Shown here: positions 1 to 9,136 of the stretch, piece after piece
How the letters are laid out: every line of letters begins with the position of its first letter
Numbering within the stretch: the first letter of the stretch is position 1
NCBI GenBank assembly: GCA_040377095.1
Contig: JBEIPK010000006.1
Coordinates: forward strand, 13,923 to 77,922
Origin: Novosphingobium sp.
Lineage (GTDB): Bacteria; Pseudomonadota; Alphaproteobacteria; Sphingomonadales; Sphingomonadaceae
Length of the DNA: 64,000 bases
Direction: 5' to 3'
Translations under genes and position numbers: made by a program
Notes under the pieces: model-generated
Told to the model about the DNA's origin: nothing
Database searches by the model: none
Seen by the model: the letters and a program-made list of their open reading frames with translations, nothing else

Positions 1-77
1 CAAGAATGTCGCGATTCCGAGTGTAAGTTCCTCGGTGTTGAACCGAAATCCCACCCCTTGAGTACGCGGCCTAGTTG

Positions 78-536
78 CTACAGCCCCGGAAAGACACCTG
101 CCGTTCGCAGCGCCCCGAACAAGGCTAGGAGCGCGGCTCTGGCTTCGGTATCAACTGTTGTTCCGCCAATAGGTTCCGACGGTATGCCAGCAATCTGCCA
201 GGCTCCGTCGTAATGAATGTGCTGACCGGTCGCGCGATTGAGCAATTTCATGCCGTCGCGCGGTTCCACGTAGAGCCAGTTGCCCCCTTGCCGGCATGCC
301 AGAACGCCTTCCTTGCCAGCCCAACCGGCGGGCGCTGGTGTTCCGATCAGCCACGATTGCCCGTCTGCGGGAGTTGCGGGGATCGTCGTTGCAACATCCT
401 CTACCGCGGCATGCAGCAAGGCATCGATCAGGGCATGCGCTTGGTTGACCGAGAGCTCTTTCTGCGCTTGTCCCATGAACAGGAAGGGAAGCGAAAAGCG
501 CGGCGAAACATCATCGAAAACAACAGGATCGGTCAT
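78..536 (-). CDS. DUF2793-family protein (GTA-associated)
   Basis: SPRFSLPFL..GQAQKE..VNQAHALIDALL and GWAGKEG.LA..GGNWLY.EP.DGM motifs; last gene of the GTA cluster. Confidence 0.85.
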   Translation of the reverse strand: MTDPVVFDDVSPRFSLPFLFMGQAQKELSVNQAHALIDALLHAAVEDVATTIPATPADGQSWLIGTPAPAGWAGKEGVLACRQGGNWLYVEPRDGMKLLNRATGQHIHYDGAWQIAGIPSEPIGGTTVDTEARAALLALFGALRTAGVFPGL

Positions 537-550
537 GATAGTCTATCCAT

Positions 551-2749
551 TCACAGAGGCAGCGAAGCGAGGATGAGCGGATCCGACAAGGCATAGCTGC
601 CAAGCTGCCGGACCTCGAAGAGACCCGTGGGTGAAAGCGCGGTCAGCTGTGCGATGTCGGCGGGCGTCAGTTCCAGTCGAGGCTCGACGACAGTCCAGCT
701 GGCGAGCGGCGCGGCAGAGGTTCCAAAGCGGACCTGGTATTGCTCGGTCTGCTCGTGCAGCGGCGAATCCACGCCATCCAGCCAGAACCAGGCTCCCCGC
801 GCGCGGCGAGTCCAGCACAGGACCAGCCCGCCCGAGGGAAGCCAGTCGGCGACCGGATGGACCGGCGAGAGCGGCCGCTGGGTTATCCCGCGCAGGCTGA
901 TCACGCTGCTGACGAGATCGTCGTCACCGCGTCCGAGCGCGAGAATGGTTGCCGCCGGCCCCATCCCGACGCGCGCCGGATCCAATGCGACGGGCCGGGC
1001 ATCAAGCAGGACGAAATTCTCGCCCGCGACGTGTCCGCTGACTGCGGACTCGGTTCCGCCACGCCCGCGACGTAGCAAGCCCAGCTCCCACTGGCCGGCG
1101 CCAAGCGGCGTTGCCTTCGCGAACTGGATGATCTCGGAACCGACCAGCGCGCGGTTCGCGCCCTGCCAGAGCTGGCGGCCGGTTGCATCATCTAGCGTCA
1201 TCGAGGCATCGATAAGCGTCACCACTAGCGTGGACTGGCTGTCGACGAACAGCGGGTTGCCGGCCGGCAGCACGCTCGTGCACGTGCCGATGAGGCTGCG
1301 CGCCCGGCCGCCCGGTCCAAGCGACTGAAGTGCGCCGTCACCATGATCGACAAACAATGCCGCCCCGCTCCAGCTGGCCACCGGCGAGGACAGCGCCGCA
1401 AAGACAGACGCGGAATCTCCGCTGCCGTTTCCATCCCAAGGCAACTCGAACGCGACCAGGCTGGTGGGCGCGGCAGGATCATCGCTTGCGTTGTTCGACC
1501 GGCCGGGGTCGGTGGGCGACGTCGGCAAGGCGCTGGCTCCGGTTGGGATGATCCGCGAGAGCGACAATTCAATGCCGCGCTCGCGCCATTCCCAGTCCGA
1601 GACTTTCCACTGGCCCGAAATGTTTGGCAACGAAACCACCGCGCCGGGCATGACGTCAGGATCGAGTTCGGTCGTGCGCCAGGCAATCCGGTCGCGGTCC
1701 CAGTCCGCCCGGCGCAGCGCGCCGATCGAAAGGGCGCGGGCATTATGCGCCGATATCGCAGCCGGCAATTCGATCGTGGTTGGCTGACCGTTTCCGGCCC
1801 GCCCTCCGGCACGCTGCAGACCGGGCTGATAGTCGCGGTCGATGTCGTAATAGCGCAGCTGACTCGGCGGCCGGGTCGCAGGCGGTGAGCGCCGCCGCGC
1901 ATAGCCCGCACCCTTGCCGAAATCGGCGTCGTCAACAGAGGCTGCCGCCTCAGGAAGGGCGACCACGCCCGGCTGGAGCCGCTCGCGCGCGATAACAATT
2001 GTTTCGCCGCCGGCATCGCAATCCATCGGGAAGACCGACTCGAAGGTCTGAAGCGTATCGACGAGCGGACCCTCGCAGGAATAGCCCTCGATCCCCGTGA
2101 GCGGCAGCACGGCATCGACATCGTCGACAACGCCGTTGAACAGATCAGAGAGCGTCAAGCTTCCGTCATCGGCGATGACTTCGAAGGTTAGCGCCGGGAT
2201 GCGGTTGAAGAAATCGCCAAGTTCGAGATCCTCGAAGACCACATAGGCAAGGCCGCGGAAGGCCGGGCAGAGCGCTTCGCCTTCAAGCTGGGCGATGAGC
2301 GGATCGACCGCCTGATCACCGTAACCATTGTAAATGCGCATCTGCCCGCCGGCCTTGAGATCGCCCGCAGCGCCGCGCAGCAGGTTGCCATCCGCCCAGA
2401 TGCGGCCGACATCGAGGATCGGTCGGCTCGACAGGGCGACCGCGAACGACGCGGTATAGCTGTAGGTGGTGACCTTGGGCTTGTTCTTCCCGCCGCCTTG
2501 CGTGTCGGTATGCTCGACAAGGTCGGTCGCCCAGATCACCGAGCCTGCCACGCGCATCCGACCGAAATGCCGCGGCATCGCTGCACCATAGCTCGACGAG
2601 GTTGTGGCCAGTTCCTTGAGGCGAGGCCCTTCCTGGCGAGGCGAGCCGATGATGGCCGCATCAACCTGCCGGCCGATCAGCGCCCCGATGGCCCCTCCCA
2701 GCGGGCCACCAACCAGCGTGCCGATGGCGGAAAACACGATAGTGGCCAT
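551..2749 (-). CDS. GTA tail-tip/host-specificity protein (g15-like, shortened to ~732 aa)
   Basis: N-terminus MATIVFSAIGTLVGGPLGGAIGALIGRQVD..EGPRL..SSYG..GRMRVAGSVIWAT; AFRGLAYVVFEDL; C-terminal RGRGGTE and WTRRAR; start moved to ATG 2749. Confidence 0.88.
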   Translation of the reverse strand: MATIVFSAIGTLVGGPLGGAIGALIGRQVDAAIIGSPRQEGPRLKELATTSSSYGAAMPRHFGRMRVAGSVIWATDLVEHTDTQGGGKNKPKVTTYSYTASFAVALSSRPILDVGRIWADGNLLRGAAGDLKAGGQMRIYNGYGDQAVDPLIAQLEGEALCPAFRGLAYVVFEDLELGDFFNRIPALTFEVIADDGSLTLSDLFNGVVDDVDAVLPLTGIEGYSCEGPLVDTLQTFESVFPMDCDAGGETIVIARERLQPGVVALPEAAASVDDADFGKGAGYARRRSPPATRPPSQLRYYDIDRDYQPGLQRAGGRAGNGQPTTIELPAAISAHNARALSIGALRRADWDRDRIAWRTTELDPDVMPGAVVSLPNISGQWKVSDWEWRERGIELSLSRIIPTGASALPTSPTDPGRSNNASDDPAAPTSLVAFELPWDGNGSGDSASVFAALSSPVASWSGAALFVDHGDGALQSLGPGGRARSLIGTCTSVLPAGNPLFVDSQSTLVVTLIDASMTLDDATGRQLWQGANRALVGSEIIQFAKATPLGAGQWELGLLRRGRGGTESAVSGHVAGENFVLLDARPVALDPARVGMGPAATILALGRGDDDLVSSVISLRGITQRPLSPVHPVADWLPSGGLVLCWTRRARGAWFWLDGVDSPLHEQTEQYQVRFGTSAAPLASWTVVEPRLELTPADIAQLTALSPTGLFEVRQLGSYALSDPLILASLPL

Positions 2750-2757
2750 GAGAAGTC

Positions 2758-3180
2758 CTATTCCGGTTGAATGAGGCGGAAGTGGCCGGCAATACGCCAG
2801 TCCTTTGGCCAAGCTGACAGGATGACCCGGCCAATCCCGGCGTGCGCGTGCACGAACAGGTCCTGTCCCAGCGCGACGAGCAAATGGAACTGGCAGGCAT
2901 TGGGCCGCGCGAGGAAGACATCCCCGGCCTCGACGGTGTCCGTGGCCGGGCCGAAGCCGCACTGCACTGCGATCGTTTCAAGCCCCGCAATGCTGCGGCT
3001 GCGCAAGCTGTAGCCGGTCGGCAAGGGCGCGGGCATTCCGGCATCCGTGAGGGACGCCGCCAGTACGCCGATGCAATCGAGCCCTGTCGCCGGATCACGC
3101 CCGTGCAGCCGGAACGGCGATCCGGCGAGGCGATGCGCCGCATCTGCAAGACGCACCGCGCGGGAGTCGGGCGCTCTCAT
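2758..3180 (-). CDS. NlpC/P60 cell-wall peptidase (GTA g14-like)
   Basis: GSPFRLHGRDPATGLDCIGV (catalytic Cys), GDVFL, H..FVHAH; start at ATG 3180 overlaps the upstream stop. Confidence 0.88.
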   Translation of the reverse strand: MRAPDSRAVRLADAAHRLAGSPFRLHGRDPATGLDCIGVLAASLTDAGMPAPLPTGYSLRSRSIAGLETIAVQCGFGPATDTVEAGDVFLARPNACQFHLLVALGQDLFVHAHAGIGRVILSAWPKDWRIAGHFRLIQPE

Positions 3181-3998
3181 TGCGGCGGCGTCGGATAGCG
3201 GGTGATGAGGTCGTTGCCCGGCAGGAACGGCTCGCCCTGGAAATTGACGGCATTGTCGAACCGGGTACTGCATGTCTCTATTGTGTGGTCGCAGCCCTGC
3301 CTTACGATAGCCCGCATGCCGGGCGCGAGCGAAGGCTCGAGCGGCCAGTCGAGGATCAGTCCGCCCGTCCCGGTATCGACGATGTTCATCATCGTTCCGG
3401 CATGCGGACCATCGAGCCAGCGGACCTCCCCGCCGACCAGAAGCGCCGCCGCGACGCCGACCGAAAACGTCACGGCATTGGTCGTCAAGTTGCGCGAGAC
3501 CAGCACGGCGTCGTGCGTGTAAGGCGCTGGGTTGAGCCGGCAGCCTTCCGCACAGAACCGCGCCCGGCAGGTTGGCGTCGTGCGCGGAATGGGATCGATC
3601 AGCAGCTCGGCCTTGCGTGATGCGAGCTCTGCCGTAAACCGCCCGTCTTCTTCGGTCATCGCGCCGATGGCCCCGCTGTAAAGGATCTTGCGGTCGCCGC
3701 TTTCCCAATCCACCAGCCCGATCCGGACTTGCGCCCCGTCGAACCGCCCGGCCGCCAGGTCGGCCCTTGTGATCGCCTCGTGGCTGAGCGCGCCTTCCAC
3801 TTCGGCGCTGTCGGCATCGAAAGTCGCCGAGCGCCGGATCGCGGATGGCACCATGCCGGGCGTCGCACTGTGCAGCACACCGTCGAACCACAGGTCATAG
3901 TCGTGCGTGGTGAAGCCCAGCGTCACGCCGTCCTGGCGAGAAACGCGCCAGAAGGTCGCGACCGTTTCCAGGTCCTCGCGAAACCAGACCCGGCTCAT
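3177..3998 (-). CDS. GTA baseplate hub protein (g13, DUF2163/BR0599 family)
   Basis: WRVSRQDGVTLGFTTHDYDL, GRFDGA, C-terminal GCDHTIETCSTRFDNAVNFQGEPFLPGND. Confidence 0.92.
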   Translation of the reverse strand: MSRVWFREDLETVATFWRVSRQDGVTLGFTTHDYDLWFDGVLHSATPGMVPSAIRRSATFDADSAEVEGALSHEAITRADLAAGRFDGAQVRIGLVDWESGDRKILYSGAIGAMTEEDGRFTAELASRKAELLIDPIPRTTPTCRARFCAEGCRLNPAPYTHDAVLVSRNLTTNAVTFSVGVAAALLVGGEVRWLDGPHAGTMMNIVDTGTGGLILDWPLEPSLAPGMRAIVRQGCDHTIETCSTRFDNAVNFQGEPFLPGNDLITRYPTPPQ

Positions 3999-6367
3999 GA
4001 TGCCTCCCGGATCTCGATGACGGGCACGCTCGGCGCCTCGCCGGCGGCGAATGCCGCGCCAGATATTTCCAGCCTGTCTTCTGCAAAGCGCACCGGCACG
4101 TCAAACAGGAAGCCTGCCCGCACCTGCTGGCCTGCCGTGGGCGGCGTGAAGAACGAGAGCACGCCGTCCTCGCCAAGCGTGAAGCCACTGGTGCGCACGA
4201 AACCGCCGACGCTCACCAGCAGGGTTTCGGCCAGCGGACGCGTGATGCGCCTGATCTGGATGGCATCGCCGCTGCCGTAGCGCTTGATCAGCGGGAAGCT
4301 TGATTGCGAGCCGTTGCCCACGCCAAGCAGCTGATCGGAATGGCCGGGCGTGCCGGTCATGTCCTTCGAGCTGTAGTCCGAAGGGTCGCGCATCCGGAAA
4401 CCGCGTGCGGCACCGCGCCGCGCCCTGAAAAATTCGATGAGCACGCCAAGCTCTTCTTCGGACCGGATGCCCGGTCCCACATCGAAGCGCAGCCGCGCAT
4501 TGGCCCACAGGCTGTTGCGCCGCTCATAGCCCGAGGCCGTCACCGAGACGGTGGTCGAGAACTCGGGGATGATCGTCGCATCGCGTCCGAGCGCGAGCGG
4601 ATAGCGGACATCGTCGAAAGCCTGCATGTCGTCGGTTTCCTGCGTGGCTGGCAGCCGGACGTATCCGTCGCGGCAGACTTGGGGCAGCGCCCAAACGAAG
4701 ATTTCGTGCGGATCGCGTTCCAGCGCCTCATCGATGCCGGCATCGATGCGCCGCCACAGCTCCGCGTCATCCGCCAGGAGCACGAAGCCGGCGAAGTAGT
4801 CCTGCTGGGCGGCGGGATAGCCGAGCCGCTGGTCGATCACGGCGTAAGCGGCGCGGCGGTGGGCATCGTCGCCATCGGTCAGCCAGTCGTAATCCTCAAC
4901 CTGCAACCGGTCGAACGCGGGCGAAGCCCATCCCGTCGGCAAGTTGGCGCGCCGCGCCTCAGGCGTCTCGGGATCGAGCAGCGTGGGCGGGAACACGAGC
5001 AACAGCAGCTCCGCGCCGGTGGGCCCGGCCGCTGTGCGCACGGCCGACGCGATCGATGCCGTCGACTGTGCGAGAACGGTGCCCGCGAAGTCAAGGAAGG
5101 CAAGCTGCGCCGGGGTCATCGCCGCGCGCATATCGGTGATCGGCACCATGACGGTGCCAGCCAGCGCTTGCATCGCGGCATCGTAAAGGCAGATGCGTCC
5201 GTCGAGCGTCGTCCACCACCACGGCTCGCCGATCTGGAAGCGGACGGGCGCGTTTGCATCGCGCATGACCCCGACGAACGCCTGTGCGGCGGCACGTAGC
5301 CAGTTCATCGCTTCCTCGTTCGCGGGTGAAAGCAGCGCCGAGGGCGGGTCCCATCCAGTGCGCGAGGCCTCGCCGTCCCAGGTGCGCTGCTGCCATTCGG
5401 CGGGGCAGTGCTGGGCCAGGATTTCGTATGACAGCGACGCAATCGGCGAGAAGCCCAGTCGCACGCAATCGGCGAAGAAAGCTTCGTGCCAGCGGATCGC
5501 GGGCGTGCAGAGCGGGACGCCGCCAGCCACGATCTCGTAAGTCGGCGCCGGGATCGGATCGCCTTCCGGCACGGCAGCGACTTGCGCCGTCAGCTGGAAA
5601 TAGTGGCTCATGCCCACGTAGTGGACGACCGACCCCCGGTAGCCGAGCTGGCGCAGGTTTCGAAGAACCCGTGCCGGGGTCTGCGTCCCGAGATCATCGA
5701 ACGCCGTCGCGACGGCAAGGCCATGCGGTGGGACGACCACGTCTCCGATTTCCAGCATTGCGCGATCGCCGGTGCATTTGATCGCGGTCAGCTCGATAGA
5801 ACCGTCCTGCGTGAATTCGAGCGCCTCGGTCGTGGCGGCAATGTCAAAATCGGGGGCCACCATCGAAATGAACAGGCGGTCGATGTCGCCGGGCCAGACG
5901 GGGTCGGCCTCCTCAGGATGGAGGAAGCCGCCAGCGAGTTCCGAAAAAGGCAAGGTAATCTGCGCGGCCTCGGGCGTGCCGACGGCGTAGTTCCACAGCC
6001 TGACGTACCACGTGCGGGGTTCGCCATCCTCGTCACGGCCCTCGATCGTCAGCGTCGGTCCGTTTACCGCATCGAGCGGGATGATCCCGGAAGACCGCCA
6101 GTAGAAGGACAGCGTCGTGCGCGAATAATCACGGTCCATGCGATAGGAGAGCAGCGGATGATCGAACCGGTCCGCGCTCTCCCAGATCAGGCCGGCAAGG
6201 TCGGCCTTGCGCAGGAAGACGGCATCGACACGCAGCGCGTCGTGCGCCGTGGTGATGACCGACGCTGTCATCGGGCGCGGAAAGTTGACCGTCCAGAATC
6301 GGGGATCGAACCGCTGTACCCAGTCGGAGTGCTGCCCCTCGCGCTTGCTTGCCAACCAGAATGCCAT
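3995..6367 (-). CDS. DUF2460/TIGR02217 distal-tail protein (g12-like) with ~580 aa N-terminal extension
   Basis: C-terminal ~210 aa FDDVRYP..PEFSTTV..SGYERRNSLW..FFRARRG..GFLFDVPVRF; long N-terminal part starts MAFWLAS at ATG 6367. Confidence 0.88.
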   Translation of the reverse strand: MAFWLASKREGQHSDWVQRFDPRFWTVNFPRPMTASVITTAHDALRVDAVFLRKADLAGLIWESADRFDHPLLSYRMDRDYSRTTLSFYWRSSGIIPLDAVNGPTLTIEGRDEDGEPRTWYVRLWNYAVGTPEAAQITLPFSELAGGFLHPEEADPVWPGDIDRLFISMVAPDFDIAATTEALEFTQDGSIELTAIKCTGDRAMLEIGDVVVPPHGLAVATAFDDLGTQTPARVLRNLRQLGYRGSVVHYVGMSHYFQLTAQVAAVPEGDPIPAPTYEIVAGGVPLCTPAIRWHEAFFADCVRLGFSPIASLSYEILAQHCPAEWQQRTWDGEASRTGWDPPSALLSPANEEAMNWLRAAAQAFVGVMRDANAPVRFQIGEPWWWTTLDGRICLYDAAMQALAGTVMVPITDMRAAMTPAQLAFLDFAGTVLAQSTASIASAVRTAAGPTGAELLLLVFPPTLLDPETPEARRANLPTGWASPAFDRLQVEDYDWLTDGDDAHRRAAYAVIDQRLGYPAAQQDYFAGFVLLADDAELWRRIDAGIDEALERDPHEIFVWALPQVCRDGYVRLPATQETDDMQAFDDVRYPLALGRDATIIPEFSTTVSVTASGYERRNSLWANARLRFDVGPGIRSEEELGVLIEFFRARRGAARGFRMRDPSDYSSKDMTGTPGHSDQLLGVGNGSQSSFPLIKRYGSGDAIQIRRITRPLAETLLVSVGGFVRTSGFTLGEDGVLSFFTPPTAGQQVRAGFLFDVPVRFAEDRLEISGAAFAAGEAPSVPVIEIREAS

Positions 6368-6380
6368 GTCAGGTCCCTTC

Positions 6381-7004
6381 TCAGCCGGCCGCAAGCGCGC
6401 GGCGCACGGCGCTTGCGACTTGCCTGCTCGAACGTTGCAGCGCCTGAGCCCCGCTCGACCCCGGCGGCGTCACGACGTTGATCGAGACGCGCACGTCGCG
6501 CGCTCCCCGCCCTTCGCCCAGCGTGCGCACCGCGCCGGCCGATGTGGGCACGAAGACTTCGGGCCCGCGCTCGCCCACGAGATAGCCGCGCCCGGGCGAG
6601 ACGGGCCCGCCGGTCGCCCGGCCGGGCAGGCCGAGGAGCCCGCCGATCAGGCTCGACCCTGCCCCTGCCAAAGTGCCAATCAGGCCGCCGCCCGCAGTCG
6701 CGCCGCCGCCGAACAGCCCCCCCAGCAGGCCACCGCCATTCTGGCCGGAGAACAGGCTGCGCATGGCCTGTGCGGCAATGTCGTCGATCACGGTCAGGGC
6801 GGTCCGCCGCAAATCCGCAAAGCTCAGGCTGCCGCGCCGGACCGCGCTGATCAGACTGCGTTCGAGCACGTTGCCGGCCCTCGAAAAACCATCGACGATG
6901 GTCGTGTCGAACGCGCCGCGCATTGTCTGGATATCCTGGGCAAAGCCCTGCGTGCTGGCCCTGATATCGATCAGCAGGCCGTCAACTGGATCGTTCATTG
7001 TCAC
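6381..7004 (-). CDS. Short tail tape measure protein (g11-like)
   Basis: Helical N-terminus, Gly-rich linker, GRATGGPVSPGRGYLVGERGPEVFVP motif; start GTG 7004 or ATG 6998. Confidence 0.85.
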   Translation of the reverse strand: MTMNDPVDGLLIDIRASTQGFAQDIQTMRGAFDTTIVDGFSRAGNVLERSLISAVRRGSLSFADLRRTALTVIDDIAAQAMRSLFSGQNGGGLLGGLFGGGATAGGGLIGTLAGAGSSLIGGLLGLPGRATGGPVSPGRGYLVGERGPEVFVPTSAGAVRTLGEGRGARDVRVSINVVTPPGSSGAQALQRSSRQVASAVRRALAAG

Positions 7005-7197
7005 GTTCCATCATCCGAGTGATTTCCGAGCGGTTCGGCGGCGCCGTGCCCGCATCCGGGCTGGACAGCGCGGTGACGAGTTCGGCCGGGGTTGCCCGCC
7101 AGAAGTCGTCCGGCCGCCAGCCAAGCATGCGTGCCGAAACCCCGGCCCATTGCAGCGCGTATTTGCCGAAGCTGGCGTCAGCGGCTTTCCCGCTCAC
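6982..7197 (-). CDS. Tail assembly chaperone (g10.1-like)
   Basis: LGWRPDDFWRATPAEL motif; position between g10 and tape measure. Confidence 0.85.
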   Translation of the reverse strand: MSGKAADASFGKYALQWAGVSARMLGWRPDDFWRATPAELVTALSSPDAGTAPPNRSEITRMMERDNERSS

Positions 7198-7556
7198 CCC
7201 GCGCCCTGGAGGATCTGGGCCAGCAACGTCCGCAGAGGCACCGCGCAGGCGGCAAGGCCCTGCGAGACAACGGCTTCGCCCACCGCCTCGCGGCTAAGGC
7301 CGCCGCGCGTCGCAAGGCAGTGCCAGAACAGCGCGGCGACTTCCGACAGGCGCAGCTGCCCCGCGCCGGCCCGCTCTACCAGCGCAAGGAGCGGGCCAAG
7401 CTCGTCCTCAGCCGCGACAAGCGCAGTGAAACTCGGGCGGAGCAGGAGCGCAGTTCCGCCGACCATGAGCGAAACCTCACCGCGCAGCGCATTCTCAGGG
7501 CCGCGACGGTGCTGCGGAGCCAGTTGATCCATGCCATTGCCATGCTCCCCGCTCAT
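7194..7556 (-). CDS. GTA gp10-family tail assembly chaperone
   Basis: N.LRGEVSL..LRPSFTALVAAEDELGPLLALVERA motif; follows the tail tube gene. Confidence 0.85.
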   Translation of the reverse strand: MSGEHGNGMDQLAPQHRRGPENALRGEVSLMVGGTALLLRPSFTALVAAEDELGPLLALVERAGAGQLRLSEVAALFWHCLATRGGLSREAVGEAVVSQGLAACAVPLRTLLAQILQGAG

Positions 7557-7960
7557 GCCGGCGCCACCACGCCAGAGCTTTCCAGCTGCATGGTGTAGTT
7601 ACGCTCTCCGTTGAAATCGCCGGCATATTCCAGTCGCTGGATGAGGAACCTGCCGCGCAGCTTGGCGCCGTCCTCGAAGCTCAGCTCGTAATCGTCGAGC
7701 GTCCCGGCCATGGCGTTGGTCCGGACCTGGGCTTCGGCCGCGCTGCCGAGGAAAATGCCCGCCGCGCTGACCGAGACCGAGCGCACGCCCGCGCCCGAAA
7801 GAAGCTCACGCCAGCCCCCGCTCTCCTTGCTGGTGATGACGACGGTGTCGCCGACAATCGCCATTTGGGTGGTGCGCAGGCCCGCGACGGTCTGGTAGAC
7901 GGCCGGCGTCGCGCCGTCCGAAATCTTGAGCAGGAAGGCTGCGCCTTTCTGTGCTGTCAT
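7553..7960 (-). CDS. Major tail tube protein (g9, TP901-1 family)
   Basis: MTAQKGAAFLLKI..VAGLR..SGGWRELL.GAGVRS..G.F.I..LEYAG..NGE..Y..LESSG. Confidence 0.93.
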   Translation of the reverse strand: MTAQKGAAFLLKISDGATPAVYQTVAGLRTTQMAIVGDTVVITSKESGGWRELLSGAGVRSVSVSAAGIFLGSAAEAQVRTNAMAGTLDDYELSFEDGAKLRGRFLIQRLEYAGDFNGERNYTMQLESSGVVAPA

Positions 7961-7985
7961 GTCGGTATCCTTTGAGAAGGAGGGA

Positions 7986-8375
7986 TCAGTCCGCCATCAG
8001 GCGGAAGCGGTACTCGAGCAGGATGGCGCGGTTGCTTTCGCCGCGCTGTTCGGCGCGGGCGCGCAGGAACTGGATCGTCACGACGAAAAAGCCGGTCTGC
8101 TGCCGGGGCAGCGCGGCAATGCGCTGTTCGATCGCGGCGATGACAAGGGCCGCAGCGTCGGGTGTGTCGCCCCGGCAGTGAAGCTCGAACGCGATGCGCA
8201 CTTCGCGCCCTGCTTCCGTCTTGGTGCTCCAGTCGGTGCTGGCACTTGCGGCAATCGCCAGCCAAGGCAGGCTGGTGCGCGAGGGCGCTTCCTCGAAGAC
8301 GCCGTTCAATTCGGGGGCGAGAGCGGGATCGCTGGCCAGCCAGGCGACGAGCGCGGCACGAAGCGGAATCTCCAT
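7986..8375 (-). CDS. Tail terminator/completion protein (g8, DUF3168)
   Basis: LRAALVAWL..D.AL..GVFEEAP..PW..DWSTKT..GRE motif. Confidence 0.88.
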   Translation of the reverse strand: MEIPLRAALVAWLASDPALAPELNGVFEEAPSRTSLPWLAIAASASTDWSTKTEAGREVRIAFELHCRGDTPDAAALVIAAIEQRIAALPRQQTGFFVVTIQFLRARAEQRGESNRAILLEYRFRLMAD

Positions 8376-8378
8376 GGG

Positions 8379-8543
8379 TTATCCTTTCGCGAACAAAGGC
8401 CAAAGTAGCGATGCGGTGCGCCAGCGGCGCGGATCGCCGCGTTTTGCCATCCGGCGATCCGTCAGCCGGGCCTCGGCGAGTTGCCGCGCTCGTGCCGCAA
8501 GTGTGGCCATGAGCCGGTCGAGATCGGCAGCGGCAGTAATCAT
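8379..8543 (-). CDS. Small basic hypothetical protein at the g7 position
   Basis: 54 aa ORF whose ATG overlaps the g6 stop (ATGA) and which ends 3 nt before g8, i.e. operon-like packing. Confidence 0.6.
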   Translation of the reverse strand: MITAAADLDRLMATLAARARQLAEARLTDRRMAKRGDPRRWRTASLLWPLFAKG

Positions 8544-9088
8544 GCGAGACGCACCCGCCGCCACGGACGCCACAGCGCCGCGACAGATGCTGGCGGAACG
8601 GGGGCTGCGCCGCTGCCCTCGCGCTCGCGGTGCTGGTGCGCGGCAAGCCGGACGACGCCCTGCCGCAGGGCGTCGGGCAGCACGTCCCAGGTTGCGGCAA
8701 GGCCGGCGGTGAAGCGCACCGCGATCCGGCCTGCCGTACCGGCATTGAACATGTTGATCCGCCCCGATCCGTCGGCGTCGAGCTCGACGGCATAGGCCGC
8801 GGCGGCAAGTGTGGTTCGGGTATTGTCGGCCGCGACCGCGAACACGTCCGTGATCGACGTGACCGGCCGGACGGTCAGCACTTGCCAGCCGCCAGTGGCG
8901 GGCAGGATTTCCTCACATGTGCTGGAAATCGGCATCATGCCGGTAAAGGCCTCGCAGATGTCGATGGCCGATCGCAGGAGCGCCGTAAGCGGCACGTCGT
9001 CGCGCGTCGTGGTGATGCCAAGCCATTGCTTGAGGTCGGCGAGAGCCGCCGGCGCAAGCACGGCCGGTGTGACGATAGCCCGCGTCAT
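8540..9088 (-). CDS. Head-tail connector/adaptor (g6-like)
   Basis: LADLKQWLGI..DD..L..LL..A...CE.FTG; LPDALRQGVVRLAAH..P.SVAALWRPWRRVRL. Confidence 0.9.
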   Translation of the reverse strand: MTRAIVTPAVLAPAALADLKQWLGITTTRDDVPLTALLRSAIDICEAFTGMMPISSTCEEILPATGGWQVLTVRPVTSITDVFAVAADNTRTTLAAAAYAVELDADGSGRINMFNAGTAGRIAVRFTAGLAATWDVLPDALRQGVVRLAAHQHREREGSGAAPVPPASVAALWRPWRRVRLA

Positions 9089-9136
9089 GGCAGTCTCCGT
9101 TGCTGTTTCGTCGGGAAAGATTGCCCCCGCAAAGCC

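Noticed and set aside
6640-6740. Gly-rich quasi-repeats in the tape measure gene
   Set aside because: Low-complexity protein linker, not a DNA repeat array
7180-7205. Lambda-type GGGAAAG slippery site at the g10/g10.1 junction
   Set aside because: The heptamer lies after the g10 stop codon so it cannot fuse the ORFs; the GTGA overlap already explains coupling, and the GGGG before the stop is only a weak alternative
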